Assembly (NCBI GenBank): GCA_951406725.2
Contig: OX597835.1
Coordinates: 46,066,001 to 46,130,000, forward strand
Length of the DNA: 64,000 nt
Direction of reading: 5' to 3'
Source of the DNA: Octopus vulgaris
Taxonomy: Eukaryota
The translations under genes were made by a program, and so were the position numbers. The stretch's first letter is position 1. Each line of letters begins with the position of its first letter. Below the pieces are notes generated by a model. That model saw nothing but the letters and a program-made list of their open reading frames with translations. It searched no databases and was not told the DNA's origin. Below are positions 13,151 through 27,005 of this stretch, in pieces.

Positions 13151-14754
13151 AAAATAAATATTAAGAGTCGTAATCTTTAAGATGAATTTAATTGCTTTGT
13201 AGTTGGGATTAAAATTAGAGAAGAAAGTTCCTTGTTAAAGAGTAATTGCAACGGTATGTTGGTTTGTTTACATTCCCTGTAAATTAGCATCCCGGCAAAA
13301 GAAAACGCTAGTATAAAAATGAGTCCCGGGGTAGCTTTGTACGAGTCATAACTTGAAAGTGGAACCTTAGCATAATCGTTGGCCGGTTACTGGAATAAAT
13401 TAGAAAATAAAGGAATAGAATGAAAGTTAATTCTTCCAGTCTGTATGTGAGTCATTAATCCACTTCGTGTCAATTACATGTGTTGTTATATTTTTCTTTA
13501 GTCACTTTAAGATCTGGCAGGAATGGATGAAATGTATTTGCTGATGAAGTCAATTAATACTAGAAAATATCCAAATATGTAAACGTACTTTCAAACGTTA
13601 AATCAACGGTCTGTACTTAATTGATACTAATTTATATTGCGAGGTTGTTTCACATTAAAGTTATTATATTTTCTCATTGAATATGTAATTTTAATCAGTT
13701 ACAATTCCTTTGTTCACTGCAGGAAATATGTTAGTATTAATTGTAGTAATCAGTTAACCAGAGTTTAATCACATTAAACTCGAGAAGTCAAGATGTTTAG
13801 GTTATACATGGAGTTTACATATATGTGTGAGCGCTTGTGTCTATCGTTACTGACCGGTCCAGGTGTAGGAGAAAAAAAAAACTTGTAGCGGTGGCTATCT
13901 CGTTTCTTTTTTGTGTTTTTCCTTTGTTTTGTAGCATATTTATGACTGTGTTCTCGATTGTTTGCTCTCTTTTCTGTGCGACTCAACGCAGGGATTTAGA
14001 GAAGACACCGATCTTCTTTGTTATTTTAACTAGATCGAGGTAGACCGTATAGGTCCGTCTGTTAAGTGTAGAGTACAATAGTCCAGATAGACACAGTTTG
14101 TACTCGTCAACCTTGAATAATCTGAAGACGCCTCGACGCCCAGTACTGGCACGGGTTCCTAACCATCTTTTTCAATAGTTTTTTTTCCAGGCATTCTGTA
14201 TCATCATTTAAACAAAATGGATGCCAGAATTTGGTAAGCATTATGAAATAATTATTACAAGGACATTTCCATACTTCTATAAAAAAAATGTCAAGCAAAC
14301 TATAATAAATATTGATCATTCGTTTGTCGATTTCTCTATTTAATATATAATTTTAAGGGAGAAAAATGCAACGATAACGATTCAGAAATTTCTAAGATGC
14401 ATGTTAGTTTTGACATTTGAATATCGCAGAATACATATGCATCTTTCTTGTACATGTCTAGCGATCATTCTCACATTTTTTTCTCTCTTTGTAACTGTAT
14501 TTATGACATTTATGTAGATGGGTAAGTGTGTGCATTTGGGAAAGAGAAAGTGTTTGAATAAATGAAAATTTCGGGGATGTAATTGGACGATTACATCAAC
14601 AGCAGTGTTCTTACTGGTACTTTTGCTGGATTTTTGCTAAAATTTGAAACCAAGATTTCTGCTCGTATATCCTAGTGTGAAGTACATCTGCGATTCTTAA
14701 CGTTGTTCTCGTGTGATGTAGCAATTTACTGTTATGTTGAAATTTATAGTAAAA

Positions 14755-14885
14755 CAAAAGATGAAGACAGGTGTATAAACAACAAGCAAATATATTAGTT
14801 TGACGCTCGGGAAAGTGAAAAAGTCTTTCACGTTTCGAGCCTGCGCTCTTCAACAGAAAGAAATAAGAGAAAATTAACAAAGAAA
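14755..14885 (-). mobile_element. Penelope-like terminal fragment with hammerhead-like motif
   Basis: homologous to 60758-60960; TCTTT-CTGTTGA-A-GAGC-gcag-GCTC-GAAA-CGTG-AAAGA on minus strand at 14824-14861. Confidence 0.5.
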
Positions 14886-15390
14886 GAGTGTTTAAGACTT
14901 GTAGGTTTAAGTGGTCCAGTTAAGATGTACAAAATGAAATTTCTGACTTTGAGTTACCTCAGCTAAATTTCTATGCATGTTATCATTAGTTTTCATTGTG
15001 TTATATCTTTTTCAGGTTTTCAACTACATTTCACGGATTAATTTGTTTTAGTAGTTCATTTTTGCTGCTTCATATTTTTCCTATTGCCTGTTTCAAATGC
15101 TCTGTATTGCCTCGTTTTGTCAATGTTATCTGGATTGTTTAAAATTTCCGTTGCTGCGTTTCGCTTCTCTTCAAAGAATGTCTGTATCACTGAGTGTAAC
15201 AACGACAGGTGGCAAATATTTTAATCCCGTGAATAAAATAAGCAAAGAGAAATACAAAATAGCCGATAAATGTCTGGCGCAGACGTTTCACTAAAGATAA
15301 GCAATTCTTTGGCACCTTGACTCAGATATTAGATGCATAATATCTATCAAATACAAAAGAAACAATATGTATAACATATATGTATCTACA

Positions 15391-15467
<77 letters not shown>

Positions 15468-15555
15468 GTCTGTGTGTATGTATATATATATTTATATATA
15501 TATATGTGCATACATACATATGCGTATATACATAAATAAATACATGTATATACAT

Positions 15556-15629
<74 letters not shown>

Positions 15630-15904
15630 CATAGATGTGTGCTTTTGCGCGTATGTGTCAGTGGAACGACGCCAATAATAACATAAAATGGACTGCCTTT
15701 TCTAAGAGTTTTTTTACATATAAATTTACCAGTTATTTTGACGTGACAAATTTAATTAGATCATATATCTTTATTATGTTAACATGAAAAATGAGATATT
15801 TTTTCATAATTACGTTTTGTGTTTGACATTTAAAATATAACAAGAAACACATTTTTTTGTTTAAATTTATATATTGCCATTTGAACGAATTCTAATGGTT
15901 CACG

Positions 15905-16230
15905 TACAAAGGTTGGATGAAAAGTTCACAGGGGGACGAAGACAATCTCATGTCATGGACTGTTACCAAATGTAGTTTATTTTTCAAACTAGTCACTCTC
16001 GTGGTTCTCACATTTCTGCAGTAGGTTTGGAAGTGCTTGGTTTCCATAGGGGCAGAAGGATTTCATCACCAATATTTTCAACAGCAGATATGATATCATT
16101 CTCACTGCGATACTGGGTCTCAGCCAAGGTACTTTTTCATGTTGGGAATAAATAATAGTCAGACGTGACCAAATCAGGAGAATAGGGTGGGGTGATCAAC
16201 CAGTTGAAAGCCACAGTTACGCACAGGCCT
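15905..16230 (-). mobile_element. mariner transposase 3' remnant plus TIR
   Basis: minus translation GFQLVDHP/PYSPDLVTSDYYLFPNMKKYLAETQYRSENDIISAV (YSPDL motif); TIR-like acaaaggttggatgaaaagttc. Confidence 0.85.
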
Positions 16231-16599
16231 TCCTTGGCCTCTTCAATTCAACGTCCCAGAGTCGCACTGTTGATAAAGCTGGAACATTCTCTCCTAATGA
16301 TAGCAACGTTGTTAGTATGTGTGTCCTTGGGAAGGAGGGCAAAATCCTTTTTCTGCACATGTTAGTAACACCACGATGCCAAATGTTGTCGACTTTCCAG
16401 AAAAACCGCTAATAGTAACTTTTAAAGCTTTCTGTGAAAACTTTAAAAGTTACTATATGTTAGTTTATCTGGAAGGGAACAATGTAGTAAGGAATAAGCT
16501 CTGTTGAAATTAATGCATGCAAGATTTCACATCTCTAGCATAGTTCCTGTGAAAGTTGCAGCCCACACTTGTAGTAGTGGATGTAAGTATTAGAATGTA

Positions 16600-17882
16600 A
16601 CCGCTTCCCTTCTCTATTCGAGACAAATTCTTATGATATAAAATAAGGAGAAATAGCAATATTGATGAAATTCGAATTATGCAATAGAAGCATCTCTAAA
16701 ATAAAATCTTTATGTTGAAAAGTCAAAAGCTGAAGTTTTCGTTCGATAAAAAAGAAATCCTGTTAGAAATATAATATATATTTCAGAGCTAGACGAAACG
16801 AAATCACTTTGGAAATGACTACGAGAGTGACAGTTTAGCACTTAACGGTTTATGTGGATTGTCAAAGCCACCTATTCGTGTCATCTACGAAACGATGCCT
16901 GAAGTATATAGACACAGTTATAAAAATTACACTAGACTTGCTATGACGCCTCTTTGGCTGAATAAAATTCTAATTGTGCAATAAGAGCCGCTCTAGAATA
17001 TAATCGCTCTACATATAACATAGCTAAACTATGTGTCTTGTTGAAAAGTTAGAAACTGCAGCTTTAGAATTACGCCATAGATTTCAGGACGAATTCTTTA
17101 TACTTAGCTCTCAAGTATATTTCGTTTTTCAATAGAATATTAATATAAAGGGATGTTTTCCTGGAAGAAATCTGTAGCTTTTCGCTTTTGAATGATATAC
17201 GTACGTTAAGTATGTTATATAGATTAAGAAAACATTGATAATGTATACTGAGAAATTGCTCTCAGGTTATCTGTTTGTTAGCTGAGAAAATGATTTTCCT
17301 TCCTCTACTTCTTGACAGACTCTATAAAACATAATTTTGTTACTGTATTCATGCTTGTGTGTGTGTGTGTCTGTGTGTGTGTGTGTCTGTCTGTGTGTGT
17401 GTGTGTGTAACTGTATACATCTGCTTTTGAATTTTCACAAAAACAGTCTTATGACGCTTATCCTGCTAATATTTCGAAGTCATTGATAAAATTTCACGAG
17501 TTAAATTCCAAAATATACACTCTACTAAAAATTGATTATTAACAGTATTAGTACCAAAATGTAATTTTTATATCCGACTAGACATGGTTGTCTATTTAGA
17601 ACAACAAATACCCCTTATGTAGGCCATTAGTGTATCATAGCACACGAGAATCGTCTCTTCTAGGCATTTGAAGACCTATATCACGTGATTTCCGTCTACT
17701 GGACATCATCAGTGAAAGGCAACCGGTCACTGCATGCCAAGCAAATTTATCTGCCACGATATATAGACAGAATATCAGCATTTTTCCAGACTCTAATATC
17801 CCAAATAGCTATGTTTCTTGTTATAGAATGACTGGCTGCGATCCACTGATGAAAACTAAAAGACCAAAATCACGTGATATGT
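16600..17882 (+). mobile_element. old Naiad/Neptune-type Penelope-like remnant ending in inverted hammerhead-bearing repeats
   Basis: faint colinear RT-like motifs (DK, ITL, PIRVI, EEIC..LLN); diverged inverted repeat 17677-17753/17806-17882 with CTGATGA cores. Confidence 0.4.
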
Positions 17883-18321
17883 GAGTTCCGGCATTGGATA
17901 ATGAATCAATGTAGGCTTTCTATGTATAACTTATATCTGATTATTCAGTTGAGATAGCCAATGTGCATAACATTCAATACTTTCGCTAAACTGAAATGGA
18001 AGACCTACACTGTCGTTCTGCAGTGATTCCCACCGAGCGGTTGAGATACTCACAAGACTTATAGGCAATGAACGCGTGTGTTTTTACGACATGTGTGGAT
18101 GGATTGCGTTTGAATGTGTGGCGTAAAAGGTTCTAGAACACGTAAGGATAACGTCCTGACATGTGTTTGATTAAGAACATGTTATAGCCACCACTCACAA
18201 CTCAAAGAGCAACAACATGCAGTCACCCTCATAAACAAGCATACGTGCACGCGTATATGTGTGCATACGTACATACATACTTACAGACATGCAAGCAAAC
18301 GTATACACGCACACACACACG

Positions 18322-18386
<65 letters not shown>

Positions 18387-18400
18387 TTCATCTTCATATA

Positions 18401-18770
18401 CACAACGTGTGATGTAAAAATTGTCGCCTTTTTATATTCTTAATTTCGCGAATGCCAATTGATTATTTTTCATTTTGTCGACCACACAGTTTTATAGGGT
18501 CGGCCAGGCACCGTCTTTGAGACAAAACTGCACACAATTCACTCTGCCACACATTTGGAAACGATTTGTCTTACTTGCTTAGCTGGAAGCTCCAATACGA
18601 ACATTTCAGAGTGTTTGAGTGTCAATCTACGAACATACACAGAGAAGGATAATAATCAAACATCCAGTCAACACCATGGTGCTGGGAGTGATCACTAGTG
18701 ATGACGACCTTACACCTCCATTCATCGATTTCCCCTCACAGCTGCACGATTTTCCCTCGCATATATTTTC
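18401..18770 (+). mobile_element. Tc1/mariner-superfamily transposon remnant
   Basis: KHPVNTMVLGVITSDDDLTPPFI resembles the conserved KHP..MV.GV..S.G...PPF segment; TA-flanked TIR-like start cacaacgtgtgatgtaaaaattgtcgcc. Confidence 0.7.
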
Positions 18771-18777
18771 CCTCAGT

Positions 18778-19170
18778 TCTGCTGGCTTTAAAATTGGCTT
18801 TATGGTCTTTTAGTGTAATAAAAGCTGGTCGTGGGGAAAGATATTAAATCCTATCGCTAATCTTAAGGTCGTTAGCTATTCCTCTTGCTTCTAAATTCAC
18901 CTCTTTGTATATATCTGCGTTGTATCTGTGACACTATTCGAAATCAGGCGCTTATAAACGTCCTTATCGAGTGCATATAAGTTCCTTGTCTTATCAGAAT
19001 TAAGGAAGATCTTATTCGAGTTGTTAATCTCCTTAATTTTTTCTCTCATATTTCTCTGTAATTGGTTGCTATATTTGCGGCATTTAATTTTCCTAATAAC
19101 TTCGAAAAGGTCTTTCTCGAAGGCTTCTAATCCCGGAATAGGTGGTGGATTTCTGGGAGATTTAAGTCCG
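18778..19170 (-). mobile_element. Naiad/Neptune-type Penelope-like RT N-terminal fragment
   Basis: GLKSPRNPPPIPGLEAFEKDL...NSDKTRNLY...YKRLISNSVT followed by RPAFITLKDHKANF; DKT and ITLKDHK motifs; abuts (TA)n. Confidence 0.85.
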
Positions 19171-19753
19171 TATATATATATATATATATATATACAGATG
19201 TCAATACGTATCTTGAGCTGAAGTAGATATGGTGATAAGGTCGCAGGAATTCGAGAAAAGGTTGCTGCACTGGTTAAATGAGATGGATTATCTTTCGATG
19301 TGAAGTATACACGAAGCATAATAGGAACATATTAGAAAAAGGAAACAAAAACACAAAGAAATTTGTACCATAAAATGTTTTAACACTTTCCGATTTTCAA
19401 GCTCATATATTGCATGATTGGAGATAGAAAGTTATTGGCAAACTATGAAAAAATTGGCTAAAAATTTTCGAATTCCCAACAGCTTTTACATTATAAAAGG
19501 AGGCAAATACTATTCACCAAAACATAAATGATATATCATTGGACATTTTTCGCAATTTATCAGATTACTAACTGAGAAAATGTATTCTACTTCATTTAAA
19601 TCAGTAATTATCGTATGAAACCTTATATTTTTCCAGAATATTCAGTCTTTTCCCATGTACAGTCTACACACGCACAATAATACGCACTCACAAACATGCA
19701 CATACGTATACACACACACATACGAACACAGACCTGCACCCCACTATTTACTG

Positions 19754-19800
<47 letters not shown>

Positions 19801-19839
19801 TGCGTGTGTGTGTGTCATTTGTTAAGATTATATACTTAC

Positions 19840-19892
<53 letters not shown>

Positions 19893-20075
19893 AAGATTTA
19901 CATATATACACTCATATATATGAATAAATACATATGCTTACATGTGATTGGAAATATATTTTTGTGCGTGTGTGTATGTATACGCGTATTGGAGTTTATG
20001 TATTTGTGAGTGCGTAAATATATATAAATGTATGTATATATATATATTAATATACCTACATATTCATTTATATAA

Positions 20076-20132
<57 letters not shown>

Positions 20133-22345
20133 CACACACATACACATTTAAACACATATGTATATATAAGTATATATGCAGACGCACATATACATACATA
20201 TATTTACATATATGTATGTGTGTGTTTGTGTGTATACATAAATATATATTATGTACGTACACACACACATACAAACGCACACAAATATTTCGAAATACAC
20301 ATTTTCAATCATATCATTTAGCAATGTATATTTCATGTAAGCCAATAATGAATATGGACAATACGGGAGGAATAAAACGTTAGGCGAAGATAATATACGG
20401 TTCAACGAGTTTGATTTACTTCTGTGTGCTTATGTGCTGTGTTCAGTGTTTAAATTAATCTGTATGAGTCTGAGGAATCATAGGTCAACGTATGGAAGCT
20501 GTCAAATCTATTTGATATGATCAGTATCATATAACCATCCGTACACTGCTTCGATATTGTAATATGAGTGATACGATTGATATGTCAGATATTCATCAAA
20601 CTGTTAATTCACCTGTCCCTGGTATCATGCTATATAAGCTGGTTTTTAACTATCATTTTCACATTAGCTCTTTTTATGAAAGATAAATGTTGTTTTATTG
20701 CAGAGAGCCACGAGGTTACGAATTATCGATGAAGGCTCCTGTCATTTGAAAAGTCTGGTTGTTTTATATTATTTATATATTAGGAAGATGAGTATTAATA
20801 TTCGTGGTGTTTGAAAGTTGTCCAAGATTAGTCAGAGATACACGATGTTCGATTTAAACATCGGGATTTTTGTACAAGCTTCTGAGATAAACACTAGGTA
20901 TGAACAGATTTTAGCATATTTCGGTGGTCCTGACTAAGGATGAAATTTTGGTCATGACTTCAGTGGTGTCTAGCGTGTGATATTTAACTAAAATATTTCA
21001 CTGAGATGTGATCCATGTTTTAAAGGTTTAGAGCCATTGTAGACGAAATGTAGGTGTGGGTTGTTTGGATGGGTATTGTAGAAAAAAATGAGTCGATTTC
21101 ATCTTGTTGCTGGGTTCTTTTCCAATCCCCAATAAATATTTTGAGCCATACGGTCGGGGATGATGAAATGGAGTAACATTTTATTAATATAAATATTTTA
21201 AAGACGTCTCATATCACCATGTGTGATGTGCAACAATGTAGGATACACCTGAGCTTACTACTGACTCATTAACACAATAGAGATAGAGTATGTTCTAATC
21301 CTGAAGAGGAACGCTTGTCTTTCGAACACAGTTTTGTTGAAACTGTGTAAGAATTCGCTATGAGAGTCTTAAATGTAAGATGCTTCCATTTGGAGATCAC
21401 GTGGTTCATGACTCTCATACGTGTTGCATTGGCATCCTCATTTTGCTGATGCTACCTCATTATTGAAAATATATTGCCGAGATCACTTCTAGTGGATTTA
21501 ATCCAGGTTTGGTAAGAGCTGTGTCTATGTTACGTTTCAGAGATACATACACAACGGAGACTAAATGTTATATTTTGGCTAGTGTACTTTGGCTAAAATC
21601 GGTGCAGATGATGGGGTGCTTAAAAAGTGCCTCGGATCTTTTCAATTCTGAAGCCAGGACCACAGATCTTTCTACTTAACTAAATATTCTGAAACTTCGT
21701 ATGCTGATAGAGTCTAGCAAAACAAGACACAGGTTGGAACTAGTTTATTTGAGAAAAATCTATTTTATGACTTTAATCGTAGATTAAAACTGCGAATTTT
21801 AACCAATCAGATTGTTTGTTTTCATGTGTAAAACTTGACTGCATTCTATTAGTGTGACGTAGAAAGCGCTTTTGTGACGTACTAACGTTCGGAAAACTGT
21901 AAACAAACACAGAACGTAACGGCAGACGAAATACGGCTACGCATTTCGCCCGGCGTGCTAACGTTTCTGCCAGCTCTTTGCTTTTTTAATATTAAATTTC
22001 GGCGAAGTTTCGCTTCTCGTAGCACAAGTTTTCCGTCGATTTCCGTAAAAAACTTTTATTTTTTTACATAAGTAATGAGAGCGAAAGAGACTAAGAGGAA
22101 GCGATTTTATGACGAGGGAAGTTTGTCTTTGAATTTACCGTCTAGGGGAAGCATTGATGTACATGTGTCTGTGTGTGTGTGTTTGATGGGGTGTGGGAGA
22201 CAGTATGTTGTGTAAGTGAAGTGCTTCTGTTAGTGTGTGTGAAGAGACAGAGAGAGTAATGTGTGAAAGAGAGAGATAACTGAAATTTTTTACTCGGTGT
22301 ATGTGTATATGTATGTCTGCATGTATGTGTGTGTGTGTATGTATC

Positions 22346-22399
22346 TATGTATGTATGGCCGATTCATCGTAATTACGATGAATCGGCCATACATACATA
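22346..22399. repeat. perfect 54-bp palindrome joining (TATG)n to (CATA)n
   Basis: tatgtatgtatggccgattcatcgtaa|ttacgatgaatcggccatacatacata. Confidence 0.95.
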
Positions 22400-22952
22400 C
22401 ACACACACATACATACATACACACACATACTTACACATACATACACACACACATACATGCAGACATACAGAATGGAAACATTTTCAATTTAATACATGTG
22501 GCTTATTAACTAGTTTTAAATATTGTTATTAGAAGATGGCTGACTATAGGATCCTGGAAACATGAGTACGTTAAATAATTAGAAGGATGCGCTTGTTTAC
22601 ATTTAAGATGTTTAATACGTCACGAAATTGGTGGTCGAGACGGAGTAAATAAAATAAAGCCGAATGACGGAATATCATTGGTTAAAATTCTAATTATTAA
22701 ACAACGTTAAACTTAGAAGTTACAATTCCGTTTTCATTCTGGTTTACAATTAAGTTTACTTTTGACACATTCTACCAGTATACGAAGTTTCAAATTGTTT
22801 GGTTCAGTAGGAAAAATTTGAAAAAACTGGCTTCAGAATAGAAAAGATCCAGTGCCTCTCATTTCCAAGGCAGTAGGGAAAAATGATTGGAAAAATTCGT
22901 CATAAACGGAGAAAACCAAACTTATGTAGGAGTACACTACGCAAAATATACC

Positions 22953-23183
22953 TATTTCTTTACTACCCACAATGGGTTAAACACAGAGAGGACAAACAAG
23001 AACAGACAAACGGATTAAGTCGATTACATCGACCCTAGTGCGTAACTGGTACTTAATTTATCGATCCCGAAAGGATGAAAGGCAAAGTCGACCGCGGCGG
23101 AATTTGAACTCAGAACGTAACGGCAGGCGAAATACGGCTACGCATTCCGCCCGGCGAGCTAACCATTCTGCCAGCTCGCCGCC
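22953..23183 (-). mobile_element. full-length Nin-type SINE with 20-bp TSD
   Basis: family consensus; tacactacgcaaaatatacc on both sides. Confidence 0.92.
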
Positions 23184-24850
23184 TACACTACGCAAAATAT
23201 ACCACCTATCACACTTAGTAAGTTGTTCATTAAGGAAGAAATAGATTACGAAGTATAATTTAAGGGAGTTAGAATGACGAGGAAATTGAATAGTTTGATT
23301 TAAGATCAAGTTTTGGTGCGCATTTCTTGAAAGTCATGTAAGAAATAAATCTGGGATAAAAGTGACTGCAAAATTTTACATCTTAACGTATTAAAGATAG
23401 AATTTGCTGTTAGAAAGAAGGCTTTCACATCAGGTTTCGAGTGAAGGTAATGGTTAAGGGAAAGTAAATGATCATCGACTGTAGAGAAATGTTTGCCACT
23501 GCAATGATGTCGCTGTGTTTCAGCAGCAACCATGGATAATGAAAAAAGAGAACACTATTAACACCCATACCAAGTCAACCAATGGAATATTAAATACACA
23601 CCGCACTTATTTTTCACGGAAATGTGACTATAATATAGAATGGAAAGAGTTGAGCATTAAATTAATGTCATTGTAGGTGTGTGAATGTAATTGGCGTTTT
23701 GCAAATTTAATATAGACCTTCTTAACAAGAAAACGTGGGCCCATGCTGATATTAGGGAATAAAGGGAACACACAGCGAGTTCAATACAGTAATAAATCTA
23801 TTTTCCATGACAACTGCCTTCAAATGTCTCTATGTGTAGGTAAGCACCATCGACTTACTTGCGACAGGTTTTATCACAGGTCGAACGCTTGCTCTTTTCA
23901 TTTACAATTTCAGTGATCTTTTTTTGACTAATTTCGTTTTACATCTTCAAACCTAGTGCACCTCCGACTAAGGAAATATAATTTCAGAAGCATTCCAGCT
24001 GCGCTCGGCCATATCTAATATTCAGAGACAGTCTCTATGATTTAAAATTTACTTGCATTATTAAAGCCAGAATTAGAAGGTTTTTAGGGATATTTACTGT
24101 AATATATAGCAAGTTTACTTGTTACTCTACATTCTCTTCATCTCTTCACTCCTCCACAGGAATAGATACCTTCATTGAAATCTCAGATTTTCACAAGAGA
24201 AATCCGTTACTTCACAGATGATAATTGCTTAAACGCCTGCTGTTCACTATACAAGCGAAGACGACTACAATTTCGTGTGCAGTATCATTACTATACAGGC
24301 TGACAAGTCATTGTGGCAGATTACAATATTACTGTTCAATGTGCTTCGTTCTGCTTCAGGCTGCAATCTTAGCAAGAAAGCTATGAACATACATTTCGTA
24401 TCCGGCATTGTAATGTTAAATACATACAGCGTTTGTTGCTCAGGGAAATTTGACTATAATATAGATAATAAGGGCTGAATACCTTATCAATGTTACTAGC
24501 AAAAGAAAAAAAAGTTCTAGCGTTAAGTAAATGTTGTATCAATATATTCTATATTATATTTAATACATACACATTAATATAAGCGTCTGTGCATTCATAC
24601 ACACGCACGTGTATATATATAAAAGAAATATACGTATACGACATGTATAAGAAAATATGTATCAATAAACATATACATTCACACGCAGTCTATGAACATA
24701 TATTAGGCGCTAGTGAGAAACGCAAGTATAGAAGAACAACTACTCAAAAATGTGTTGGTATTTTTTTTTTTTATTTTTTTATTGGATTTGGTTAAAAAAA
24801 ACGACTGGCATAGATGGAATATGTGTAACGGTGTGGGCTCTACATATAAT

Positions 24851-25042
24851 CTTTTCTACTCTAGACACAAGGCCCGATTTTTAGGGGAGGGGTCCAGTGT
24901 ATTACAATGCCCCCAGTACGCAACTGGTACTTAATTTTTCGACCCCGAAAGGACGGAAGGCAAAGGTGACCTCGGTGGAATTTGAACTCAGATCGTAACG
25001 GCAGACGAAATACGGCTACGCATTTCACCCAGCTCGCCACCT
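24851..25042 (-). mobile_element. Nin-type SINE (alternative 3' tail) with TSD ctctacatataat
   Basis: family consensus and flanking direct repeat. Confidence 0.88.
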
Positions 25043-25537
25043 TAGTCTCTACATATAATGCTTAAACAATACAACAAATTTAGATTTCTTGTCACATAAC
25101 TCTACCACTCATGGTAGAGTGTAATAATATTTATTAAAAGCTGTGTCTCCGCGAGTTGCTTGTTTAACTTTCAGTGATTTCCGTTCGTTAAGTAATTGAT
25201 GGTATTGTTTATGAAGCCGTCCAACGTATGTAAAAGTTGCGTCTCTTCGGGTTTGGTATTTGTGAATATGTAAAACAATCTATTACAAAAGTTCTTCAAA
25301 TATGATTCGTTATTCTGGAAATGGTGGAGAATTTAGAAACACAAAACACATATATGAGAAAACAAGTCATATGTGAAATAATATATATTTCCGGAACATC
25401 AAGGAAGCCGTTTTATCTATAGGTACAGCTTATGACTATATATATATATATGTAGGTCCCGGGTTGAGTCGGGGTTAACCACAGTAAATAAGGTACTCAA
25501 TACATAGCAGAGTAAATTAATTTATTTTATAGAAGAA

Positions 25538-25586
25538 GCTTCTACAGGACTAGAACTGTTTCATTCAAAAGAAATCATCAGGAAGC
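25538..25586 (-). ncRNA. type I hammerhead ribozyme motif
   Basis: GCTTC-CTGATGA-tTTC-tttt-GAAt-GAAA-CAG-ttctagtc-CTG-TA/GAAGC: intact core, stems I-III pair (U.U at base of stem II), GUA cleavage triplet. Confidence 0.7.
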
Positions 25587-26259
25587 CCATGATTTCTTTT
25601 GAATGAAACAGTTCTAGTCCTGTAGAAGCTCCTCCTATAAAATAAATATATATACATATATTGCACACACTCACGCACACACCCATACACATACATACAT
25701 ACATATATATGTATATATATATATATATATATACATATATATATACATATACATGTATATATGTGTGTGTATAGTGCCTGTGTACAGTATTGGACCTTAC
25801 AATCAACTTGAAAAAGATCTGTTCTAATGTACCAGCCTGCCTTTTCTAAGTTTTATATAGACCCTTTTATAGCTGTCAAAGGTCATGGGTCGGAAGTTGT
25901 AACTTACATATACATACATATGTCTGTGTGTGTGTGTGTGGAGAGAGAGAGAGAGAGAGAGATGCATACATACTCATATATATATATATATATATACATG
26001 CTTATACACAAATACACAGAGGTTTCTCACTTTTTGCCAGAAGAGTTCCATTTACCCATTGAACTTGCACGATCATGTACATGCATGTGGTTATTCAGTC
26101 CTGTAATTTTCTTTTCGGCGGGTGTTTGCTAATATGACATTCATATATGTGTATATGTATTTCCTCTATGAGTATACCTTTGTTCACGAGTCGGTACGAT
26201 CATCTCGCAAGCAGCTCGATTCCTCCTTGTCTCATCGTGCTTTATATGGATGACATATG

Positions 26260-26680
26260 AAGCGCTTGATAGGTTCGCATACGAAGTATTTTCCCCTTCC
26301 TGCTGATGTCCTGCAGCCACAGCATTTAGTTCCAGTTTCCGGAGCCAAAACTTTCAAGTATTATATTCCATTCATATTTCTTCAAAGACACCACTCCTTC
26401 ACTTGATAGCCTCGATGACGCACGGCTCTCAGCCAATATCTCCCAGATATACATATCCATCTCCAATACCTTATCAATGCCTTGTATAACATTCTTAAAC
26501 CGCTTTCTACCTTTTAGTCAGTACCCCATAAAATATGCGCTTGTGTAGCCTGCCGCTTTCCATCTTGAGGACGTAACTATCTCAATGCATATGGTTCGAA
26601 GTTTAATTTTGTTTAATACTGGTGCTGCCAATTTTCTCAATTACAGGAAATTCATGAGTATAGAAGAGATACTTCACTTT
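26260..26680 (-). mobile_element. degraded RTE-clade LINE 3' region
   Basis: minus translation YVLKMESGRLHKRIFYGVLTKR resembles GHV.RM...RLPK.IFYGEL..G. Confidence 0.6.
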
Positions 26681-26906
26681 CAGGGTGACGTTATATCTAT
26701 ATAACATTCTAAATGACAGCTTAGCTAAACCAAATGCAAAATTATACCCAACAAGAACGGAACCAAGTGTTGAAAGTTGTTATATTCGCCGCCAGCAGCA
26801 ATCTTTGTCTCTATACGTTCAGCGAATCTTTACCTAGCATCGAACGGTTATTGACTGCTATTTCCAGCACAAACTGGGACCTTGGTGCCACTATTTCCTT
26901 TTCATA

Positions 26907-27005
<99 letters not shown>

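Noticed and set aside
20900-21780. Possible LINE zinc-knuckle relic on the minus strand
   Set aside because: Only a frameshifted C..C...H hint; cannot be assigned by eye.
23306-23533. 75-aa ORF in unique sequence
   Set aside because: No recognisable motif; length expected by chance.
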